Made by a program: the position numbers and the translations under genes
The notes under the pieces: model-generated
The model's database searches: none
Told to the model about the DNA's origin: nothing
What the model saw: the letters and a program-made list of their open reading frames with translations, nothing else
Shown here: one piece after another, positions 50,339 through 61,929 of the stretch
Layout: the number at the start of each line of letters is the position of its first letter
Numbering within the stretch: position 1 is the stretch's first letter
NCBI GenBank assembly: GCA_030704615.1
Contig: CM060734.1
Span: forward strand, 32,736,001-32,800,000
From: Takakia lepidozioides
Taxonomy: Eukaryota > Plantae > Bryophyta
Direction: 5' to 3'
Length of the DNA stretch: 64,000 bases

Positions 50339-51000
50339 TTAGTTCAATGGCTTTGGGTCAGTTTGTGTAGTAAAGCATACCCAGTTGTGGCCAAGAATGA
50401 CATCTGACATGATTCCAGCCGTGACGATGTTAGCATAGACCTCCTTGCCCTTATCTAGGTCTCCTAAACTGGCACACGCCTTGACAACAGAAATGAACGT
50501 AACCTTGTTGGGTGTCATCCCTTCTTGCATCATTTGCTGATAGACCTCAAAGGCCTTCCTAACACATCCATATTTCACATATCCTGCCATCATCGTAGTC
50601 CATGTAAACACATCACGTTTAGGGATTGTGTCAAACAAATGGCATGCATCCACCACACTTCCACATGTCACATACATGTTGACAAGGGTGTTGAGTACAA
50701 ATAAGTTCGGCGTGTATTTACTTTGAATAATGTGGGTGTGCACCTGCTTTCCCCTTTCAAGGTCTCTAGTTTTGATACACTCCCGCAAGACACAAACATA
50801 AGTATCCGAGTCTGGCCAAACGTCTTGTTTGTTCAGAATGTACAGCGCCTCTTTCAGCTCTCCTGCCTTACATAGTGTCCTCACATCCTCAAAAGTGCCA
50901 GAAAAGTTGTTAACAATCCGCTCCCTCGCTCCTCTTTCAAAAGGAGTGATCTGGCGGAAGTTCTTGACTCCAACAATTGCATCTGATTCAATCCTGCCAT
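50339..51000 (-). pseudogene. Truncated PLS-class PPR gene
   Basis: 181-aa PPR ORF (LVNMYVTCGS, DVFTWTTMMAGY); the family ATG at 51000 is out of frame; ends abruptly. Confidence 0.8.
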
Positions 51001-51339
51001 CCTGTCTGATTCAAGAACCTTAGTATAGAGTTTTCCAACCAGACTCCCAAAATATATCTCAAATCTCCTCAGGGCCTCAAGACAGATTTCTGATCAAGAC
51101 AGGCTTGATGCTGCTTGATTCCAACAATTGCATCTGATTCAACCCTGCAATCCTGCCGGATTCAAAACTCTTACTATAAGCTTTTCACGTACATATCTCA
51201 AATCTCCTCAGAACCTCAAAACTCTCATAAAGACAGGCAACATATTAGCAGGTCTACAAAACTAGTCCTGCAGATACATCGTTATTTTGCTGATGATTCA
51301 AGGTATCCAACTCAAACAGATAGAATTGTTACTCTTTAT

Positions 51340-51750
51340 TCTCAATGTATGAGATGTCCTAAACGTCCTATACATTCTGCTCCCTACCATAGTGTAAGGT
51401 AGAGCCTTGATAGCAATTCTCTTTCTCTGCTCCTTTCCATAACTTGGTGGGCACTGACCATGAGCAAGGTAGTATCTGATTGGCCACTGCCAATCTAACC
51501 AGTCATCTGCACTTCCCTGCACCTCCACTGTAAATAGACTCACATCTGGTAATTGATCATCTACTCCCGTGGCTGGTTCTCTTGTTGATAACCTTGACAA
51601 GTGATCCGCCACAAGATGCAGTCTCCCATGCTTGTAAACAACCTCGAACTCAAACTCGTGCAAGATTATTAACCATCTTGCTATTCTTCCGCTTATCAGA
51701 GGTTTATTTACCAGGTATATCAGAGCCTGGTGATCCACATAAAACATAAA
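51340..51750 (-). mobile_element. Ty3/gypsy RNase H-linker fragment
   Basis: DHQALIYLVNKP..GRIARWLIILHEFEFEVVYKHGRLHLVADHLSRL. Confidence 0.85.
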
Positions 51751-51914
51751 TCCCTAAGTATCCAAAAACAGGTAACAGATATGAGAAGAAGTTGTGGGAT
51801 GAATACTTTTCTAACCGCAGTAACTGGTGGGACAACCGAGGCAAAAAGGTGAATGCCTGTCAAATTACAGAGTGTAGCAGATGCAATTGACCATAGAAAC
51901 TAGTGTGATAAGTT

Positions 51915-52158
51915 GAGTTGGGTGCAATTGCACTCTCCCTTTCCTCTCTACTTCTGTTTGCTATTCAAATGTAGGATTCCTGCCCTTAGTTTAAATTTCA
52001 GTCTGGTGCCGAGAGTGGGTAGACCCTTGAGGTCATCCATGATGTCCTCCCCCATGTCACAGACTGGAAACAAGTCCAAGGAAGTTTTCTGCCTAACTTC
52101 ATTTTCATCAGACAATTTTCTGGAAACGGACATGGCTTTGGACACTACAGCCTCTAAG
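51915..52158 (-). mobile_element. Fourth fragment of the RTEX-like LINE family
   Basis: Matches 13610-13860 (RKLSDENEVRQKTSLDLFPVCDMGEDIMDDLKGLPTLGTRLKFKLRAG). Confidence 0.88.
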
Positions 52159-52199
52159 TCAATAGGGTTGGGGCATTTGCTGGGACAATTCTAAAAGGA

Positions 52200-52800
52200 G
52201 AATGTTTGTCAGATTACCAGATGTCATTCTGAACACTGCCCCTGCCCTGGTGGACATGTATGCCAAATGTGGGTGCATCGAGGATGCCAAGGGAGTGTTC
52301 AACATTATGGCTGAACCGAGATGTGGTGTCGTGGAGTGCGATGCTTGCGGGGTATGCACAACAGGGGTGCGGGATGGAGGCTCCAACCTATGAGCAAATG
52401 ATGGGGGAAGGGGTGAAGCCCGCCGACATAAGGTTTGTGTGTGTTTGCAGTGTGTCTGGCAGCCCTGGAAAAGGGCAAAGAGATCCCTGGTGACATGATC
52501 AAATCTGCAATTGTTCCAGATGTCATCCTGAACACTGCTCTGGTGGCCATGTATGCCAAATATGGTAGCATTGAGGATGCCAAGGGAGTGTTCAACACTA
52601 TGGCTGAATGAGATGTGGTATTGTGGAATGTGATGCTTGCAGGGTGGCAGAGCAGGGGCGCTATATGGGGCTTTGGAGACCTGAAAGCAAATGATGGGGG
52701 AAGGGGTGAAGTTCGACCACATCATGTTTGTGTGCATTTGCAGTGCGTGTGCAAGCCTGGCAGCCCTGGAAAAGGGCATCAGAGGTGCATGGTTGCATCA
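52200..52800 (+). pseudogene. PPR relic with two tandem PLS units
   Basis: LVDMYAKCGCIEDAKGVFN repeated about 295 bp apart; frameshifts and stops. Confidence 0.85.
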
Positions 52801-53329
52801 CCAAAGCTGGAAATGTACCAGATGGATCAATAGCTACAAGAAACTTGCATGGGTAGATGGTCAATTAGAAGCCGCAACAGCAGCGGCACAATGATAAACT
52901 CAGGCACTGGTAATGAAGGCACCTTCTTCAACACATTTCACCCTGTTTTTCCCTCTTATCATAATCGGCCCTAAATTTTCATGTTGAATTCTGCAAGTTA
53001 GCTGGTTGAGTGAGCCTTTGATAGTTTGGAGCGACTTTGACATGGTACTGCCAATGTGACAACAGGGAAGTGTCCAGAAACAGGTAACAGCTGAGACGAG
53101 GAGAAGCTGTGGAATGAATATTTTTCTAACCCCAGTCAATGGTGGGACAACCGAGGCAAAAACTTCATGAACTTAAGGCATGAGTTTAGTGTTCCTAGCA
53201 TGCATGCAGAGACGCAGTGTAGAAGTTAGGCTTAGACTTTTATCATGGCTGAATTTTGTTGACAGTGTTCCAACACTTACTCTCTGGGATTCTATTCTAT
53301 TTTGTGGAGCTTGAATCCCCAATGGTACT

Positions 53330-54185
53330 TCTTTCACTACACTAGTGGTATGTATTCCTCTAGTCATGTTCCTAATCACTTGCACATCACTGTAATAGTG
53401 GTATAATTAAAAACTGTGGGAGTAGCCAAATGCACACAATTGTCCACATTACCACTCATATAGTGGTATAAGTAATCACCTATATATTACTGTATTAGTG
53501 GTATGGATTCCTCCAGTGGTATTCCTAATCACGTACACACCACTCTGTTAGTAATCACTCCAATCCATGGTTCCCACTCAGAGAGACACCATGGATGACT
53601 CAAACAGCTTACATACCACTCTGTGGGTAATCATTCCAATGACTTGCTGAGAGACGTCATTCACTCACATAACCACGCTGTGAATGATATTGTATATTCT
53701 CAGTTTTCATAGAATGACTATATGAGTCATTTCGTGATCACTCAACGAGTGGTTTCGGAAGTCATTGAATTTTTCACTCCATCCATTTCGTAGCACTGAC
53801 ACACAACACGTGTCCATGTTGAGAGTGTCGCCACGTGTCGATATAATCTCCAATATCATCCACGGACCACCGGCTTACACGTGTCCACTGCAAAACGGAA
53901 GTCATTACTTTACCACTATGACACGTCAGTTTACCACTGTGACACGTCATAAGTGGTTAGTTTACCTCTGTGACACGTCATTGACATGTCACAGTGGTTA
54001 ATTTACCACTGTGACACGTCAGCTAACAGGTGGACCCGGACGTGAGTGGTTCGAACCACTGACCATAACCACTAGTGCCACGTCTTTTACCACTCACTTG
54101 TCCTAATCCACTGGTTCTTCATCACTCTGGGGCCAGAGTGGTTTAGTGTCTTTTACCACTCATAATGAGTGGTTAATAGAGTGGT
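53330..54185. repeat. Dense ACCACT/AGTGGT motif field with ~20-bp tandem units TTTACCACTGTGACACGTCA
   Basis: Many copies of the hexamer in both orientations; four to five tandem units at ~53909-54020; resembles a transposon subterminal region. Confidence 0.65.
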
Positions 54186-54864
54186 TATTCCACGTTTTTC
54201 TTCTAGTGCGCCCTCCCCGCCCTCGCCGCCCCGCCCCCCATCCATCACCCCATACATCACATGAGTCGCATGATCCATGTGTTGCAACCATCCCATGATG
54301 ACGGACAGCCTCCCATAACATGATGTGACACATAGCCATTGCAGGCCGTAGGTGATCGCAATCATCATGCTGGCATGCTTTTTGCGTCCTAGCCGCACGC
54401 ACATGGCGTCGCTGACGCTTCGATGCGGCCCCTCACATGTCACCACCCACGTCAACTCTTGAGTGTTGAGATTCATGGCAGCCTCAGGACATCTTCTCCA
54501 AGCTCAATGGCGTCTGATGTGGCCGGATTATATGATCCCGGTGGAAGCGGTATTGCAGGCACTCTCTTGCATATGAATTGGCTTGCATGTGTTACAAACT
54601 GTTCAGTGAGCTTTGGCGGTGAAGCGATTACTCATTGGAGGTCACTGTACCCTGTGTTTGAGCCGGGGCAGAGGCACATCATGGAGGGTGTTCTTTGTAA
54701 GCATGGACTGAAGCGTCCTGGAAAAATAATGAAGACGAGGGTAGAGAGTGACGACAGTATTATGGAGGCGGCTACACGAGATGTTAAACACAGGAAGCAG
54801 TTGAGTTTACGGAATGAGCTAGGGAATGATTCTGAGGATGACGACATCTCCATCTTGGACACAT

Positions 54865-55075
54865 CTCCTCTTGTGCCACATGTAACTATTACCACTCAAC
54901 GCATTGGCAACTCTACTTTGGATGGACCTCCTGTTGTGCCACAGGTACCTGTTACCACTCAACGCATGTGGCAGCTCTACTTTGAAGGGACCTGCTGCTG
55001 TGCCACATGACACCGTGAAAGCTCAACGCATTGTGAAGACTACATTGGACGGACCTGCTGCTGTGCCATAGGAAA
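54865..55075. repeat. ~63-bp tandem repeat, 3-4 units
   Basis: Unit ...tgtgccaca..taccactcaacgcat..ggca.ctctactttg.a.ggacct repeated. Confidence 0.75.
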
Positions 55076-58059
55076 GTCGTCGACCTGAAGACCACATTGT
55101 GAAGGAGGAACCTGTTGCATCTTTAAGTAGAGAAGAGGCCATAGATGGCCTTGTCAAGGCGTCCTTGCTGCTGACCTCGGATATTGTTGTGCCTCCGAAA
55201 CCCGCACCTGTTCCATGCCCAGGACTCACCTATCTAATGAAGTACGGCTAGCTGCCTGAGGGATTCCCTTCCCCAGATGATGCTTCTTTCCCGGACCGCC
55301 TGGTTGCACATATCGGGAAATTCGAGTTTTCAGACCAAATGATAGGCACTGCATTTGGTCAATGGTGGCTTAAGGCACGGGTACGTACACCTTTTTTCTG
55401 GCCTGCACCTTCTTTTACATGTTCCCTTCCTTCATGATGCGTGTCTCTACAATGTGTTTGAAGTTCCGAGCTGTAGTAAGTTTACTATGACTGCTGAAAT
55501 GAACCTTGCATCTCCAATGAGGGGGAGCATGTCCATGCATCTCCAGAGGAGAAGGCAGTTGTTGAAAAAGTGGTGGAGTTATTCGGGGGCCGTCCTGGAG
55601 TATGTCGTGAGTATATTGCTCAGTTGAATGAAATTAATGGCATATTAGTGGACCCTCCCTTGTAAGGACAAGGCCTCCCTTTAGGCTATGTCATGGACAT
55701 AGCCCAGAGGAACTAGGAGTAAATACCAGAAGTTACTAAATTACCATGTTATCGAAAATTACTGTGATCTACCACGATTTACCATAAGTTACCAAGTTAC
55801 CGGGAGTTTATCAAATTACCGAGAGTAACTTAGGAAACTGCTCAGGAAGCTTCCATTGGAGGAAACTTCTCCATCAAGATACCTCCTTTGTTTAAGGAAA
55901 CTTTTTCATCAAGATACCTCCTTTGTTTAAGGAAACTTCTCTATCAAGATACCTCCTTTGTTTAATGAAACTTCTCCATCAAGATGTCTCTTAGGGAACC
56001 TCCTAGTAGCCAGTATATATAGGATGCGAGACTGGACACTCTTCAGTCTCGCCAACACCGGTTCAAGCTACTCTTATTTCCAGTTCCCAGTACTATAGCC
56101 CAGTTTCCAGTATCTGGTACTCCAGTCCAGTTTCCAGCATTCTAGTATTCAAATCGTGTTTCAATATCTTGTACTCTTGTTTATTGTTATAAAGATCGTC
56201 TTGATTCCTATTTACTCATCATGCATTCGACCACGCCAATCTTGACTTCTTGTCTAGTCTTGTACCTCTAGTCTGATCTCTTGTTTGTGTTCAGTCATGT
56301 TCTCGTCCTTGACAGTTTGACGAAACTAAAGTTTGTTATTTAGTTAGTTAAGATGGAAGACACATTTGTGGAAATGGTCACCACATTGCAGAGTCTTCAG
56401 CTCCAGATGCAAGAACTTTGTGCCTCTACTGCCCAACTACAAGCTGATCAGTCTCAAGATCTTGGCAACGCTATCAACAATTTGCAACAACAAATTTCAG
56501 AGTTGAAGGAGTCGAACAATGGATCTTCAACCTTACGAGTCTCTACTACAACAAATCATACTGCAACGGTTCCTCCAAATCTTCAACAGATTACAAGAGA
56601 ACCAAAGGTCAGCATGCCCGAGAAATTTGATGCGACGAGATCAAGATTTCGCGGTTTGGTTCAACAAGTACAATTGTTCATACGTCTACATCCACAACGC
56701 TACCTGATGAAGGTATTCAAGTGGGATTCGTGGGCACCATTCTATCAGGCGCTCCCATATCTTGGTTTGCATCGCTATTATAGAAAAATTCGCATTTACT
56801 ATACAATTTTGAAGCGTTCATGTCCGAGTTCACTGCAACGTTTGGAGAGAATGATAGAGAGAGAGTTGCAGAGACAAAGACGTGAAATCTTCGACAAGGA
56901 GCACGTCCAGCTTCCGTTAATGCTGCCGAATTTCGACAACTTGCGTGTAACCTCGACTGGAATGAGAAAAGCTTCATTAGTCAGTTTCGACGTGGCCTAA
57001 AAGAGGATGTAAAAGATTTGTTGCTGACAATGCCAAACGTAAGTACACTGAGTGAATTCATCACCCAAGTCATTGCATGCGATAATCGTTTGTTCGAAAG
57101 TCGTCAAGAGAAGCGATCTGGATGGTCGACGACGCACCATGCCGCTGCTACTACGGCATCAAACACAACGATCCATCAGACATCCAGTAATGATTCTATG
57201 CAGATTGATGCTGTCCGATTCAAGCCATTGATGCCACAAGAAAAACAAAGACGACGCTCGAATGGATTATGCCTTTATTGCGGAGAAGATGATCACATAG
57301 CATTAAACTGCTCCAACAAGAGAAGATTCAAAGCTCGGGGCACAACTCAAGTGTTCGATACGAGGAGTCGGAAAACGAAGATGTTCAGTCATAGTAGGGA
57401 CCATGCGGATGGACACCCCAAATTCTTCACCAAAAAAATGTCTTTTTTTTACCTCCAGACCCTGTACCTTGTTTCACAGTTCTAGTAAAGATCAGGATGC
57501 AAAATCGAGATATCTCCGTAGAAGCACTTTTGGACTCAGGCGCTTCAACGTGTTTTATTGACAAAGACTTTGAAAAACAATACAATTTAACGCTCGTAAG
57601 AAAGAAATTCTCGGCCCCTGTTGAAGTTATCGATGGACAACCGTTAGCATCAGGAAATATTGACCATGAAACTCGACCTCTTGAAGTGAAGCTTAAAAAT
57701 CAAGCATCAGAGATTGTTTTCAATGTCATCCAGTCTCCAACGAATCCTGTGATCATTGGACTTCCCTGGTTTGTGCTTCATAATCTTGACATCAACTGGC
57801 GATCACGAAAAATTTCGGCAAAACAAAAATGCAAAAGTACCAAAGGTATTCAACCCCTGTTTCTTGGAGCTAGAGCCTTCATAAGAGCTACGAAGAAATA
57901 CACGACATTTGCACTTTATGCGACTCCGATCAAAACCACAGCAGACTAAGGTACTTCGACATTACCCGCTCAATATCAAGATTTCAAGGATGTCTTCGAG
58001 AAGAAAAATACAAACACGTTGTCATAACATCGACATTATAATTGTGCAATTGAGTTGCA

Positions 58060-58810
58060 AAAATATTGGTCTTTTTTCGATCATTAAACGTATTGGAGCA
58101 GTAGCATACAAGCTGGAGTTACCACCACATGTGAAGATCCACCCAGTGTTTCACGTTTCTCTACTACGTCGTTACGAACCTCGACCATCAATATTCAAAG
58201 ATAATCAAGAACCACAACCTTTACCAGAGTTGATAGACGGAAATGAAGAGTGGGAGGTCGACCGTGTTCTGAAAAAACGCACATACAAACGAGGGCGACA
58301 TGAGGTGTTGAAGTATTTGGTTTATGGAAAGGATTTCCATTACATGAAGCTACCTAGGAACCGGTGCAAAATCTCGCAAATGCTCAATTGACAATTCAAG
58401 CTTTCGAAAATTCAAACAACGAGGACGTTGCTTAAGGTTCTAGATGGAGAAGGAAAGTTCCCTAGAAGTTTCCAGAATAATTAGGAAGGTTCCTAAGAAG
58501 TTTGATTTGAGGCCCTCATGTCGAACCTCTAAGATATTCATATTATGGAGAGTAGGTCAAATCTTTGATAAAGTCATATTGTGGAGAATATGTCAAACCT
58601 AGGAAGGTTGACTTTAAGAAGTTTTGACTTGAGGCTATCAAGTCAAACCTTTAAAATAATCATATTGTGAAGGGTATATAAATCTGCAATGAAAGCCTAG
58701 AAGGCATCGAGTTGTTTTGGGAAAAAGTTGAGAAGTACTTCTATTCTAGTTTGTGTAGATCCTGGGTGTTACACTGATTTCCGGACTCCTCGAACAACTT
58801 GGACGAGCAA
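58060..58810 (+). mobile_element. Fragment of a second chromovirus (integrase C-terminus + chromodomain + non-coding tail) inside the first
   Basis: AYKLELPPHVKIHPVFHVSLL..EEWEVDRVL sits between the protease and RT of the host and differs from the host's own chromodomain at 60993-61360. Confidence 0.8.
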
Positions 58811-61527
58811 TTTTTTTCACAAAGATTGATTTGAGAGGAGCTTACAACCTTGTACGAATAAAAGAAAGAGACAAATGGAAGACTGCTTTTCACATAAGGT
58901 ACGAACATTTCGAATATAGTGTTATGCCTTTCGGTCTTACAAATGCTCCAACAATTTTTCAACACATGATGAATGACATCTTTCGAGAATTTTTAGATGA
59001 CTTTGTAGTCATCTATTTGGACGACATTTTGATATTTTCACAGAATGAAGAAGAACATGGTCGCCATGTACGCCTTGTGATAAATTGAGGGAAAAAAGAC
59101 TATATGCCAAGTTAGAAAAATGTTTTTTCCTCCAATCTGAAGTCGAATTTTTGGGCTACATTATTTCCGATAAATGAGTCTTTATGGATCAGAAGATAAT
59201 ACAAACCATCATCGAGTGAATTAAACCAACTTCAGTCCGAGACGTACAATATTTTCTAGGATTTGCAAATTTCTATAGAATCTTCATCAAGGACTACTCC
59301 AAAATTGCTGCACCATTGACACGACTCACGGGAAGGACAAATTTGTATGAGACAAGAAGGCTGACCAAACATTTGAAAGGCTGAAGCAGGCATTTACAAC
59401 GGCTCCAATACTAGTACACGCAGATCCATCTAAACCATTCTTTTTGGAAGCAGATGCATCGGACTTTGCACTTGACGCGGTACTCTCTCAATACGGTACA
59501 GATGGCCAACTTCATCCTGTTGGTTTTCGTTCTCGCAAATTTTTCGCTGCGGAGATCAATTATGAAATCCATGACAAAGAACTTCTAGCGATTATCGATG
59601 CTTTTGATGAGTGGCGTCATCTATTGGAAGGAGTTAAACATCAGGTCACTGTCTATACCGATCATAAAAACCTCGAGTATTTTATGAGTGCTCGTGTTTT
59701 GAATCGACGTCAAGCGAGATGGAGTATATCACTAGCAAGGTTTGATTTTGTTATTACCTACCGTCCCGGACATCTTCAAAGAAAACCAGATGCTCTTTCT
59801 CGACGATCGTATCTTGCGCCAAAAGAAGAGGATATAGCTTTTGACCAATAGAAATCCATCATCTTGAAACCAGCAAATCTTCAATTGAATATGCTATCTA
59901 TGTCCACCTATGACGATGTAGAGATCATCAAGGAGATTCATGAAGCACTGAAGAACGACCAATTTGCCACGACACTACGAAATCAACTAAATCGACCTCG
60001 AGACAACCCACATGTTACAAACGACTTCGAATTCAAAGATGACTTACTTTATTTCAAGGGACTTCTCTATGTACCTCCAGGATCTACACGACTTCAAATT
60101 CTTCAAATATGTTATGATCTTCCGGCTTCAAGACATTTCGGCTTCAACAAAACAATGGAATTGATATCCAGGGACTATTGGTGGCCGCAGGTGTGGAAAC
60201 TCGTGAAAGAATTTGTAAAATCTTGTGACACATGTGCTAGGGCGAAGGGACCATGACATTGACCTTACAATCTTCTTCAACCATAACCCATTCCTAAGGG
60301 TCCATGGTAGTCCTTGTCTATGGACTTTATTACGGACCTTCCAATTTCCAAGACCACCGACTCAATCCTTGTTATTGTAGATCGTTTTACAAAGATGACA
60401 CATTTCATTCTATGTAATAACACGGTTAGTGGTGAAGAAACTGCAAGACTTTTCTTCAATAATATCTACCGCATTCATGGACTCCCGAAAGACATCGTAT
60501 CTGATCAAGGACCACAGTTCATATCAAATTTCTGGAGGGGATTATTTCACATATTGGATACTAAGATCAACCTCTCTACAGCTAATCATCCACAGAATGA
60601 TGGTCAAACCGAACGCGCAAACCAGATTTTGGAGCAATATCTTCGTTGTACGATAAATTATCACCAAGATAATTGGACGGACCTTCTGCCTTTAGTTGAG
60701 TTTGCCTACAACAACACTATACATTATTCGACCAAACAAACTCCATTTTTTTTCCAATTATGGTCATCATCCTCAAGCAAACCCTTTCCACATGAAAACT
60801 GTTGGAAGCCCTGCTGTAGAACACCTTGCTACTCATCTTGCTATGATTCACAAGGAGCTTACATTCCGCCTCGCGGAAGCTCAAAAATAATACAATGAGT
60901 ATGCAGATCAACATCGTCAACTCCAACCCCAGTTCAAGGTCGGAGATCGTGTGTGGCTTCTTCGACGGGATATACAAACCTCGTGACCATCAATGAAGTT
61001 GGATTATCAACACATGGGACCATTCAAAATTATTCGACAAATAAATCAGGTCAGTTTTCGGCTTAAACTCCCACGAAGTATGTGCATTCATCAAGTCTTT
61101 CATGTTTTATTATTGGAGTTGTATCATCCATCGAATATTCCAGGGAGAGTCTCCGTACCATCTCCACCAATCGACGTCAATCAGGAAATCGAGTATAAAG
61201 TCGACGAAGTCCTAGACTCTCGCATCAAGTATAAACGTCGTGAATATTTCGTACATTGGAAAGACTACGACATCAACGAACGAATGTGGGAACCTTCATC
61301 CAACCTCGCCAATGCATCTGAAAAAGTCCAAGAGTTTCATCAACGATATCCAACTAAGTCCCGAGCTACACGTCAATTAGACGTCACAACGATGATGTCA
61401 ACCAAGTTAGCTTCAAGGTGAAGACTCCACATTAAGTATACCTGATATACGCTAAGGAGGAAGGAGCATCACACATCAATATATATATAGCTACACTTCC
61501 AGCACTTTTGCATCTTGTATTGGTAGC

Positions 61528-61929
61528 ATGGAGTCACAAGAACCAGATACATTGGAGCTGTCGCTTACCCAACTACTAGATCAGCCGTTCCGACTCTCAC
61601 GACCTTCAACATCACGCCGACGCTCTCGAGACGATGGGCCACCAATGCGACGCGTACTTCGTCGTCTGGACTCCGTACGACAGCAAGTGGAGCCTACTCG
61701 AAGTCTGATAATTCTGTTGGACGTTGAGGCTTCGGACCCAGAGAGCAACGAAATCATGTTTGAAGGCAGTTTCGAAAATCAGAATGCTCAAAGCACTGCG
61801 TGGTCTCAAGTTCAAGTTGTTGGACACTATCGATGGTTGCAGGGACCTGTAAATCATTTGAGTCAAGAACGAAGAGCCGAATACTTGACAAGTACCATTC
61901 GCCGGATTTTGGATTTTCTCCAACTCTAA
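61528..61929 (+). CDS. Extra 133-aa ORF of unknown function in the 3' region of the chromovirus
   Basis: ATG-to-stop ORF between chromodomain and PPT, preceded by an (AT)n TATA-like tract at ~61479-61489. Confidence 0.45.
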   Translation: MESQEPDTLELSLTQLLDQPFRLSRPSTSRRRSRDDGPPMRRVLRRLDSVRQQVEPTRSLIILLDVEASDPESNEIMFEGSFENQNAQSTAWSQVQVVGHYRWLQGPVNHLSQERRAEYLTSTIRRILDFLQL

